Shown here in pieces: positions 52,286-64,000 of a stretch of 64,000 bases of DNA (position 1 is its first letter; each line of letters starts with the position of its first letter). The DNA is from Paraspadella gotoi. Lineage: Eukaryota; Animalia; Chaetognatha. Below the pieces are notes generated by a model. That model ran no database searches. It had not been told where the DNA came from and saw nothing but the letters and a program-made list of their open reading frames with translations. Made by a program: the position numbers and the translations under genes. Location of the stretch: positions 1,075,756-1,139,755 of the forward strand of contig CM119263.1 in the NCBI GenBank assembly GCA_051294375.1, in the 5' to 3' direction.

Positions 52286-53305
52286 CAATCCACAGAGCTC
52301 TTTTAACTCCCTCCCTTACCCCATGTACCTTCTGTACATCACACCAGGATACTATGATGGCAAACCATCAACTATCCGGAAATTGAACGCTGTGCAATTG
52401 GAACCGCTGAAGAGAAAGATTCTTATTTGGAAACGAGAAACATCGGTTTTTGTTTTCGATTGTCGCGAGGGAGATGAAAGAATCACAGAAGATATCTATA
52501 TGGATTGAGTAATAGATGATTTGTGGACATTTCCTCTTTACCGAAAGGTTAGAAAGAGAAGGAGGAAATTAAAATAACGTAGTAAAAACCATTAATTTTG
52601 TAATTAGTTAGTATGTAAGTATGTTTCGATTATAGTACTCCAGAACCTAAAAGTACATCTAGCCATAAAAATGAACCAATCTACAGTTTACCAAGGAGAG
52701 CGCGGTCTAAATTCGTGAGAACGACGAGCGTGATCGTATTGTTGAGAACTAAGAGTAGTTGTTGTTGTTGTTGTTGTTTTGTGTGTTGTTGTTGTTGTTG
52801 TTTTTGTTATGAGTGGTCTCTTTTCATACAATTGAACATACTATGAAATATTATATACTGACAACAGTGTACGGTAATATACGAAGTGGATTGATGAACC
52901 CAGGTAATCTGGGAGTGAATAAGCGAGACTGTGAGAAGTCTTGATTGAAAGCTGGCAGGGACTTGCTAAAGTCATTATGTTTATTATGTTACATTAAAAA
53001 TGCTATTTCCTTTTTAAATATTTAAACAATTTACTGGAAATCATCATTGCTTTAGGGCTTCGCTCCTTCTAGCAGTAAAAGCGGCTAAACATTTTGGGCA
53101 AAATATTACGATCAATATTGTGATTAAATTTACGGGTTTTTTTTCGACGAAAAATTTTATCTGGAAATTTTGTGAATTTTTTTTGTGAAAAAAAACGATG
53201 AGAATCGAAGGTGATTCGATTTTTCACAACGACGACGACGACGATGAAATGATAGATTGACGAAAATGAAAATCGGCCTGAAATTTGGAAATGATACAAA
53301 CGATG

Positions 53306-53341
<36 letters not shown>

Positions 53342-53710
53342 AGGAGAAGAGGAGAAGGAAGAGAGAGAGAGAAAAGAAAAAGAGAGAGAAAAAAGGAGAA
53401 GGAAGGAAGGGAGAACAGTAAAAGAAGAAGGGAGAGAAACAAAATGGAGAGACAGAAAAGGAGGAAGAAAAAATTTTCACAGACAGAAATGGAAACAAGA
53501 AAAAAGAAGAGCTCAGACCGCGCGCCTCCTGGCGCGGCGACGACGACGACGACGACGATGGTGACGACGAAGGCGAAGTCATTGACGGACGTCGCGTGTA
53601 AATACGCGATTGGTTGAGCGACAATTCGCTGAACGTCATCGCACGTGATTCTCAAATTTGAGAGAGAGGATGACGCGGAAATAAGAGGTAGGTTCTGGGG
53701 GAGGGGGGGA

Positions 53711-53757
<47 letters not shown>

Positions 53758-54023
53758 AGGAGAGAAAGAAACAGAAGAGCAGAGAGAGAGATGAGAGAGA
53801 GAGAAGAGAGCAGAGAGAGAGGACAGAGAGAGAGACAGAAAGAGACAGCGAGGAGAACAAGAGAAAGAAAGAAATAGAGAGAAATCGGAGTTTTCTCTCC
53901 GTAACTGCGAGAAAAATTCGACTCGCTCAAAAACGTGGAACCCTTTCCATGGACCCGATTTCCGGGAAAGACGCACCCATAAATATTTAATCGAGCGGGT
54001 GTGTCTTGAGATAGAGATGAAGT

Positions 54024-54122
<99 letters not shown>

Positions 54123-57100
54123 ACGAGACGAAACAACACTAGAATCTCGAGACAGGCTGGCCTTTGCAATAATTGACTTCCTTTTCTTCTCTTTATGCCG
54201 ACATTTTTTTTCTTTTTGTTCGATGCAGACACCGACAGACCGACAGACCGAAAGAGAGATGGGTACAGAGAAGAGAGGCAGATGGGAAAGAGATGGCCTT
54301 AATTGGGAGGAGATGGGTCAGAGATGGGGCAAATAAGAAATAGATAGCGTAAGAAATTGAGAGAGAGATTGATTGATTTGATTATTATGCTATAATGTTA
54401 ATAAAACACATTTACAATCACAGGATCGTAAGAGTAGAGAAGAGAGAGAGAGAGAGAGCGGAGAGAGAGCGATGAGACGAGAGAGCGAGTGAGCGAGAGA
54501 GCGAGAGAGCGAGAGAGCGAGAGAGCGAGAGAGAGAGAGAGAGGAGAGAAGAGACTTTGTAAGCCAAACGTCATATCTTTATAGCTTTATTTCAATTGTT
54601 CGACCTACTGATGTTGTTATTGTTGTTAATTATTGTTACTGTTGTTGTACACAGAATCGTCAGCGAACTATTAAACCTGCAGCTAAAATAAGATCTCGAA
54701 ATTATACAATTCTTTAATCTGGTTTCGTGATTGGATTTCCGTCTCTTGACCTCGAGGGATCGACCATCGCCAGATTTTTAGATGAGATGATTATCATGAT
54801 ATCAGTTTTCTTGAGGAAAGTCATTTTATATTTAACATTTATTTTTTGGATGATTTTAAATAATTATGTTCCAAGTTTGATAATCTCAAGTTTTAAAGAA
54901 GAGGAGTCCCGTCGTCAGTAGCAGCAAGCGATGAGTCGGAGATACCGAGATCCGTTGAGCAATAAAAAACGTTGTCCGTATGTCCGTAAGTCGAGGACAT
55001 TCAGACAGACGTGGAGGATGAGTGGGACGGAGAAGTTAGTCATGGCCGTTTTTGCATTTGTATTTGCATTTGATTTAAAAAAACAAAACAAGGCTCAAAC
55101 GAAATGAAACAAAAAACAAGAAAAAAAAGGTTTTTATTGACTTTTTAACTTCTAATGAGTTCCAAATGAGAAGAAATATTTCCGCGGTGACGGAAAAGTA
55201 AGTAACGCGGTAAGGTAAGTATTACTTACTTAGTAATGAGGAAAGTAATAAGCTTAATAAGGTGGTGTAATGAAAATATTGAGCGATTGAACATTATTTT
55301 TTGGCTGCCTTTGTACATATACTTAACAAAAATTTAAATCTTTTAAATACGATTTCCCTTGGGCTACAAGATATAGCAAAAAGGTAATCGATTTGGCATA
55401 GACAAAAAATTCGCGGTTAACTTTCCGACTGGGATACCAATGGACAATTTTAATGAGTTTTTTATAAATTACAATATTAAAAGTTAGCCTAATATAAAAT
55501 CAATACAGTAGAATAAAAAAAATTAAAAAATGGTTTAAATTTTTTTTAAAAATGAAAAAATATCAATGCATCAATCCATAATCTATGAACAATTTTTCTT
55601 TCGTTTGAGTCCATAACCATTATTCTATTTTTAATAGTTTATTTGTAATAAAATTTTTCTTTTAAAAATATTATTTTAATTTGTTTCAAATAATTTAAAT
55701 TTAAAAATTATAAACTATGCAAATGATTTGAAGAAAAATTTCATATCTATAAAGGACTTAACCTATCCTAATATCAGGCCTTCAAATACACATATATAGT
55801 AGAGTTTATATTATATGATGTTTTGACATAGAAAATAAAATAATTTTATAAAATTAAATTATTGAAAAAATTTTAACTTTTGAATTTTTCTTTAGCAATA
55901 ATAAACATAATTATAATTAATTGTTTCATGATGCCTTTTAATATAGCTACTGTCAGTTGTATCATTCCAATTATAATATTTATAACTTTTTTTATTTTTA
56001 ATAATATGGACTCTCATACTTTACTTACTTTTGAAAAATCCAAAAATTCTGGTATAAAATTATGTATGGAACAGACGAAAACTTTTTTTTAACATCATGC
56101 TATTTAATGTTTAACTGGATATAATATTATATCCTTGGACAAAATTTAAAAAAGTTTTAAAACAATCCCAACTAGAGCATTTTAAGGTTGTTCAAATGTA
56201 TAATATATTTTGATATTCGGACAGCTTTCGTAGGTTTTAACTTAATTCAGTAGGCCTCCCTTTATAATGACAGAAAGCAGTATATTTAACAGGTTTTTTT
56301 ATTGAGTGGGGCATCAAAGTTCTCAATACATATTAACATCAGTATATTGTTAAGTAAAGTTAATTTCTTTAAATTTTTGAAAAACATTTTACTTTCTTTT
56401 CTATAATTTTCTTTGACACGCAAAACATTCTTTGAAATTACGCGAAAGAGAATGTAAAAAATAAATAGATGACGTACCAATAGTTAGAGTTATGTTCTAG
56501 GAATAGTATGAAAAAAAAACCTTGTTTAAAAATTTGATCGGGAAGTGGGGGTAAACTAAGGCTTACCAACCCGTATCTCCATGCTTGATCGTTCTCTCAA
56601 TAATAATTTTCTTTAATTTAATACATTTGAACAGGGAAAAAAAAGAAAAATCAGAAATGCAGGTGGCAAAGGTAAGCAGCCTGGTACGGAGGAGAAAAGT
56701 TCATGTCACATAACGATGACACAATTGACTTAAATATAATGACCTTTTTATGTCTGCGTAGGGTGGGGCAGTAAAGAAAACCTTAAAAAATGCAATCATT
56801 AAAGTCAAGTCAATGAACCCTCTTTCGCGAACTTTTTTTTCTTCTTAATTAAAAATGGATGATAAATAATAAGAATTAAAATTCCCTTTATAAAGGTTGT
56901 TATAATTTAGACAAAGAAAATTAGCAATAAAATTTCAAACACAATGATGTCTTGTTTGTCAAATATGTCAGCAGTTACAGTAATTTTTTAAAATTTATGT
57001 ATGATAAACAAGCCAGTATATCAACTTTTTCCTTTGCAGTTGAAGATAATGAAAAAATGATTTATTTTTTTTTTCACAGACAAGAAGGTAGACGTTCAGA

Positions 57101-58560
57101 CTGTTTATACAAGCTGAAAACATTTTTATTATTTATCATTTTTCCATATTTAAAAAAAAATTTTATCAAGCTACTACAAATTTTTGCTTTGTTTTTATAC
57201 TTTAACTAAAAACAAAATACAAGCAAATTTATAAAGGTAGAGAAAAAATTTATGATAATTAAATGTAATTTCCAGAACTTTCTCTTTCAATTTACAAAAG
57301 AATAAACAAAAAATTTCATTATGTCTTCATTGAAATTTGGTAATGGCAAAAAACTGTTATACTTTTAACTTCGTATTTAAAATAAAAACTGTGGTAAAGA
57401 TTTATGATAAAATTAACAAAACTGTTCTAGATGTGTCCCATTGATTAGGGCTTTAATTTGATTACACACACCCGTGACAATGCTCCCCATCTTTTTTTTC
57501 AAAAGATATTCAAAAAATAACTTTTTTTTATACTTTTTTGGCATCTGGCAGTTTTTTTTAAACAAACCCGAACTTTTTGCCTCACTAAAAAATGTCTAGT
57601 TTGGAACTGTTTAAAACTTTAAAATTTTGTCAAGGATGACTAATAATATCACTCCACAAATATTAAATAGCATCTTGGTTTAAAAAATAGTTTTCGTCTG
57701 TTTCATACATAACTTTTTAATATCAGCTAGATTTTTAGATTTTGCTCGCAAAGTTAAGTTAAATAATAGGCAGTCAGTATTACTAAAAATAAAAGAAGTT
57801 GAATTCCAATTATTATAATTGAAAGGATACAACTGACCACAGTGCTGGATAAAAAGCATCATGAAACAATTAATTAAAAATTTATGTTCATTAATGCTAA
57901 AAAAAAATTCAAAGTATAAATTTTTTTCAATATTTTTAATTATTTAAATTATGTATTGTTCCCATATCAAAACATTAATCATATAAACTTACTTATATGT
58001 ATTTGAAAGCCTATATTAGGTAGGTAAGATCCCTCTTAAATAATAAAACTTTTCTTTCAATCGATTGGCATAGTTATAATTTTTTTAATTTAAATTACTG
58101 AAAAAAAAATCTAAATAATATATTTAATTAAAGAAAATTTATTATCAAAATAACTATTTAAAAGATAGAATAATGGTTATGGACTCAAACGAAAGAAAAA
58201 TTGTTCATAGGGGATTAATGGATGATGGCATGATAATTTTTATTTTTAAAAAATTGTAAACCATTTTTTATATGTCCTTTTTTATTCTACTTATTGATTT
58301 TATATAGTAATTTAAATATTAATTTATAAAAACTGTCATCTAGGAAAATTTGAATTACCTTTTTTGTGTAGACCAAAGGTCCGGAAACGTTATCCCGGGA
58401 CATTCTCAATTCCTTGTGCACTCCAGTGCCGATTAAAATCGATGTAAAACGAGAACCGTGAAAAATCTTATTTTCTCTGTAGTAATATCCCTTATAAATC
58501 ATTTAAAATTTCAAAATGATCACAGAAACCAGATTCGGATTCACTGTAAAAAAAACTTTT
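52286..58560. repeat. segmental repeat, copy 2 (carries about 3.1 kb of extra inverted-repeat sequence)
   Basis: Shared blocks such as CTCAGACCGTCGCGCC, GACAGGCTGGCCTTTGCAATAATTG and CAGATTCGGATTCACTGTAAAAAAAACTTTT. Confidence 0.9.
55350..58390. repeat. long imperfect inverted repeat (arms about 55350-56190 and 57585-58390)
   Basis: CTATGAACAATTTTTCTTTCGTTTGAGTCCATAACCATTATTCTAT at 55583 is the exact reverse complement of 58165-58210. CAGACGAAAAC at 56072 pairs with 57690-57700. Confidence 0.85.
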
Positions 58561-59671
58561 TTCAGTAAAAATATATTATATAATATTTTAAATATTTTAG
58601 AACAAAAAAAAAGATTAAAACTTTTAAATTTTAAATATAAAATATTTTATTTTACTATACTGTTTTTCCAATTTATATGAGAAAATTTATTTTAATAATC
58701 GTTATCATGCTATCTCACCATCTAATTCCTTGTTCGGTCAACTCAAATATTTTTTTTATTCTTGAGAGGGCACCACTCTTACTGCTTAATGCTTATTCAG
58801 AAGAGATCGGCCAAGTAGCGCTGATCAAGAAAAGATGAATAATGAAATACGNNNNNNNNNNNNNNNNNNNNNNNNNGTGGTAATAAATATTATGTAATAC
58901 CCCGTACTCGCGTGGCACTTTCAGTTTGGGAAATCTTTTCTAGAAGGTATTAGGGAAAAAAACCGCCACCGCTTTTTCTCTGCCTTTGACATACGCCATG
59001 TTAATGTCTGAACACATGTTGAGTGTCAGACATGTGCTTCGGCTCATTCCAATGTGAGGCCTCTTCGATCCGCAGCCGCATTCATCCCAGGACGTGATCT
59101 TGAGCAATCAATATTTATATGTTTTTCTACGTGCGCCTCTGAAGTAAAATGCTTTTTTGTCGACCCGTAGAGGAGACCCAAGTCAGGAGATGTGCAGGAA
59201 GGAAAGAGAGAAATTGAGCGAGAAGTTTCCAAACAATGATTATCTCAGAGTAAGCGCGCGAGACACCGTGGGTCAGAATTTCTGAGGACAAGTGAAGGTG
59301 AGGAGGAGGGAAGAAGTAAGACTGCGGCTTCTTCCGGACCCCGTCGGAAGGTCGGCTTCGTCTCTTCTTTCAAAAAAGGACGACGCTCATTGGCTGAGAC
59401 GTTCACCATAATCTCGATAACTTCTCGGATGCCATCTCGAGGCGGTGCGAAGCAGTTCCAGCAACGCTCCGTCTCCTCTCGACGAGAAAAACACCATCTT
59501 TGGGGAACGCGAGACGCCTTGGTCGCTCGGGAGCATTGCCGGCGGTCTTTGGAAGAAGAACGTCACTTTCCGAGGCTAGTCCCGGTTTTCTCCGGGCCTT
59601 CTTTTTCCAAAGCTTTCCTCGTTACAGTAAAAGGAGGAAAGGCTGGCGCCGATTTTGAATTTAAAAAAGGC

Positions 59672-59989
59672 TCAAATTCTCGTTCCTTTCGCCGCCTTAT
59701 ATTTTCCTGTGATGGACAGGAGCCCCGGACGTTCGTTAGAGATGTTTTCTGACGCAGGCGTTTTGGGGTGCCTCGATAGCTTCGAGATGCTTAATGCTCC
59801 AGTCTTCCGAATCCCATCGAGGATCGTCGGATTATTTTGCCCATGCTTCATTGGAAGGTACGCCGCATCTACAGAGAAGTCCTTCCATTCGGTCACTCTA
59901 AATAATCGACCACGGTAGCCTTGGCTTTCACCAACGTCGACGAGACCGCTTCGTGCAGATGGCTCCGCCAAACAGGGATTTGATGCCAT
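59672..59989 (-). CDS. candidate coding exon of an unidentified gene, probably frameshifted and continuing toward about 59050
   Basis: Non-repetitive GC-elevated island of about 950 bp with an ATG in AAAAAGATGG context and a 105-aa ORF. No motif was recognised. Confidence 0.3.
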   Translation of the reverse strand: MASNPCLAEPSARSGLVDVGESQGYRGRLFRVTEWKDFSVDAAYLPMKHGQNNPTILDGIRKTGALSISKLSRHPKTPASENISNERPGLLSITGKYKAAKGTRI

Positions 59990-61460
59990 CTTTTAATTTA
60001 GTCGACATCTTAACTTTGTTTCTTCCTACAACTTCGTCCATGAATGAATGATTGTATCTATGTACAAAAAAGTAGTAAATACTTGTAAAAATAGTTTTCA
60101 TGGCTTTAAATTTTAAAAATAACTATGAAAAAAATTTAGCGTCGCTTTTCCTGATGCAACAGATTTATTCGGCAAACGTGAACACTTTGTGAGAAATAAA
60201 TAAATAAAAACAATTAAAATAAGTTTATTTCGTTGTTGTCGTCATTTTTTTAGTCGGTTTCAGGTCGCTGATGTTTTTCCATCGTCTAAATGAGCCCTAA
60301 TCGCGATTCGCGCAGGGGTTTAGTCCTAGTTCATTACCCTACATTTATGATAACCAAATGTCCACGCCGACGACAAATAATGTTAAAAATTACCTCACTT
60401 ATCGCTTTTCTTTCGATTTCCATAGGGTCAGCAAGAGGGCAGTTCGATTTACATTAAAAATATTATTAAAGTTTCATCGAAAAATTAGTATTGTTTTCAA
60501 TCTATGAATGTGACCTTCATCTTTTTTAACATTTCCAAATTAAATCTTTTGAGTTTTTCTCTCATAACCTGACATAGCTTTCATATCATTCCGACGCCTT
60601 GCATCGAGCAATGCCAACTGCCCAGTTTTATCCCACTCCATTCCAAGTCCCGATGTTACACGCACGCACGCACGCTCGCACGCTCGCACGCTCGCACGCA
60701 CGGCCTGGAAAAATTTCGTTGACGATCGCTATCGATCTGCACCAACGGAAAACTATTTCTCTCGATACTTTTCATTCTCTCTCTCTCTCGTTCTCTTTTT
60801 TCTCATTTGTCCATGAAGATGAGTTTTCACGTAATCGAAATATTTGTCATAAGAAAGACTTGCACCCTTATGTAATAAATGTATAGTTTTATTTCTCCCT
60901 TTTTTATATAATTTAAAATACAAACCCCAAAGTTCATTGGTCGTTAATCCCCCCTTGACCTTTTATATCTTTAGCTTCATCACTTTTTTTCCTTTAAACG
61001 AAAAATGTAAACAAGACAAAGAGGTTGACCTCTGAAACTCCGTCATCAAAAATGCAAGAATCAGATGAGAAAAAGAAAAAAAGCTTTTTAGAGAAAAGGA
61101 AAGGAAGCAAGCTCAGACGGTGGAAAAAGAAAGGAAAGAAAGGAAAGAAAGGAAAGAAAGGAAAGAAAGGAAAGGAAAGAAAAGGAAAGGAAGCAAGCTC
61201 AGACGGTGTTGTTGAAAAAGTGGTCGTCGGTCTTGTCGTCGTCGTCATCGTCGTCGTCGTCGTCGTCATCGTCGTTGTCATCGTCGTCGTCGTTGTCATC
61301 CTCTTAATCTTCGTCTTTGTCGTGCACCAAGTTGAGAGCTCAAATTGAGATTAATAATTTAATATATAATGTATTTAAAAAAGGTTATAACTTCGGTTCT
61401 TTTGAATTAATTCAAAACTTAAATATTAATCACTANNNNNNNNNNNNNNNNNNNNNNNNN

Positions 61461-62953
61461 CCAATCCACAGAGCTCTTTTAACTCCCTCCCTTACCCCAT
61501 GTACCTTCTGTACATCACACCAGGATACTATGATGGCAAACCATCAACTATCCGGAAATTGAACGCTGTGCAATTGGAAAGTTGAAGAGAAAGTTTCTCT
61601 TTGGAATAGGAGAAACATCGAAGTTGTTGTTTCGATTGTCGCGAGCAGGGAATGAAGAATCACAGATAATATCTGAGTAGATTGAGTAATAGATATTTGT
61701 GGACATTTCCTCTTTACCGAAAGGTTAGAAAAGGAGAAGGAAACATTAAAAATACGTAGTAAAACCCTTAATTTGGTAATTAGTTAGTATGTAAGTATGT
61801 TTCGATTATAGTACTCCAAGAACCTAAAAGTACGATCTAGCCAGTGAAAAATAGAAACCAAATCTACATTTACCAAGGAGAGCGCGGTCTAAATTCTGAG
61901 AACGACGAGCGTGATCGTATTCGTGAGAACTAAGAGTAGTTGTTGTTGTTGTTGTTTTTTGTGTGTTGTTGTTTTGTTGTTGTGAGTGTGTTTGTGTTTG
62001 TTTGTTTGTCTTGAGCTTTTCATACAATTGAAACATATATGAAATATTATAGTACCTCATGAGGGAACCCAGAGATGGTGGAGTCGATAGCGGATAACGT
62101 GAAGAGATGGATTTACAACTCTGATAGGAACCAGGTTGGAGTGAAAACAGCTGTGAAAGTCTTGATGAAGTGAGGCTCTGCTAAAGTCCATTATGTTTAT
62201 TATGTTTACATTAAAAATGGTATTTCCTTTTTTAAATATTTAACAAATTTACTGGAAATCATCATTGTGCTTTAGGGCTTCGCTCCTCTCTAGCAGTTAA
62301 AGCGGCTACAAACATTTTGGGCAAAATATTACGATCAATTGTGATTAAATTTAAGGGTTTTATTTTGACGAAAATAATTTATCAGGATCAATTTTGTGAA
62401 TTTTTTTTGTGAAAAAAAACGATGAATGATCGAAGGTGATTCGATTTTTCACGAACGACCGACGACGACGATCGAATGATGATTGACGAAAAATGAAAAA
62501 TCGGCCTCGAAATTTGGAAATGATACAAACGATGTTGGAGAGAGAGAGAGAGAAGAGAGAGAGAGAAGAGAGGAGAAGAGGAGAGAGAGGAGAAAAAGAA
62601 GCAGAAAGACAGAGAGGAGGAAGGAAGGAAGGGAAGAAAGTAAAAGCACAGAAAGGGAGGAGAACAACAGAAATGGGAGACGGACAGGGAAAGAGGAGGA
62701 AGAAAAAATTTTCACAGACACAGAAATGGAAACAAGGAAAAAAGAAGAGCTCAGACCGTCGCGCTCCTGGCCGGCGACGACGACGACGACCGACGATGGT
62801 GACGGACGAAGGCGACGTCATTGGACGGACGTCGCGTGTAAATACGCGATGTTGGCGACAATTTTCGCTGAACGGTCATCGCACGTGATTCCTCAAATTT
62901 GAGAGTAGAGGATGAACGCGGAAATAAGAGGTAAGGTTCTGGGGGAGGGGGGA

Positions 62954-62988
<35 letters not shown>

Positions 62989-64000
62989 GAGAGAAGGAGA
63001 GAGGAGAGAAAAATACAGCAGAGAGAGATTAGTATGAGAGAGAGAGAAGAGAGCGAGAAAGAGAAAACAGAAAGAGACAGAGAGACGAACAGCGAGAGAG
63101 AACAAAGAAAGAAAGAAATAGAGAGAAATCGAAGTTTTCTTTCTCGTAACTGCCGAAAAATTCGACTTCGTCAAAAACGTGGAACCCTTTCCATGGACCC
63201 GATTCCGGGAAAGACGCACCATAAAATATGTTAATCGCAGGCGGGTGTAGTCTTGGAGATAGAGATGAAGTGAGAGTGAGAGAGAGGAGAGAGAACGAAG
63301 AGAGGAGAGAGAGAGAGAGACGAAGAGAGAGAAGAGAGAGAGAGAGAGAGACAAGAGATGAGAGAGAGAGAGAGAGAACGAGAACGAAAACAACACTAGA
63401 ATCTCCCGAGGACAGGCTGGCCTTTGCAATAATTGACTTCCTTTTCTTCTCTTTATGCCGACATATTTTTTTCTTTTTGTTCGATGCAGAACCGACAGAC
63501 CGACAGACCGAAAGAGAGAAATGGGTACAGATGAAGAAGGCAGATGGGAAAAAGAGATGGCCTTAATTGGGGAGGAGATGGTCAGAGATGGGGCAAATAA
63601 GAAATAGATAGCGTAAGAAAGATTGAGTAGAGAAGATTGATCTTGACTTTGATATTATGCTATAATTTAATACAAAAACACATTTAAATCACAGATCGTT
63701 AAGAGTGAGAGAGAGAGACGAGAGAGAGAGCGAGAGAGATGCGATGAGACGAGAGAGCGGAGTGAGCGAAGAGCGAGTAAGAGCGAGAGAGCGAGAGAGC
63801 GAGAGAGAGAGAGAGAGAGAGATAAGTGAGACTTGAAGCCAAACGTCATATCTTTATAAGCTTTATTTCAATTGTTCGACCTACTCTGATGTCTGTTATT
63901 GTGTTAATATTGTTACTGTTGTTGTACACAGAATCGTCAGCGAACTATTAAACCTGCAGCTAAAAAAGATCTCGAAATTAATAAAATTCTTTAATCTGGT
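61461..64000. repeat. segmental repeat, copy 3 (runs off the window)
   Basis: Begins CCAATCCACAGAGCTCTTTTAACTCCCTCCC as at 52285, immediately after an N gap, and is indel-rich. Confidence 0.9.

Overview
This is a draft-quality window from a repeat-rich animal (invertebrate-like) genome, with many N gaps, dense microsatellites and stretches that look like noisy long-read gap filling. Nearly all ORFs in the supplied track are microsatellite or N-gap artefacts. Two protein genes can be reconstructed by hand, both on the minus strand. One is an 18-exon AMPK-related (HUNK/MARK-like) Ser/Thr kinase with a UBA-like domain and a very long disordered tail (42925->33597, about 1581 aa, every exon phase consistent). 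The other is a KLHDC1/2-like Kelch-repeat gene (about 13755-15578) whose 3' part is frameshifted. The most interesting signal is a dispersed ~150-bp element in 4 copies (10905, 12216, 12987, 33157). It is a tRNA(Gly)-like Pol III head fused directly to what reads as a circularly permuted (P5-type) twister self-cleaving ribozyme, with a compensatory change in the T1 pseudoknot. Also present: a CCA-tailed 3' half of tRNA-Leu, a second tRNA-derived SINE, Helentron/DINE-1-like non-autonomous elements, several minisatellites, unusually weak splice signals, and tandem or inverted duplications that may be assembly artefacts. All family assignments come from motif recognition by eye; no database searches were run.
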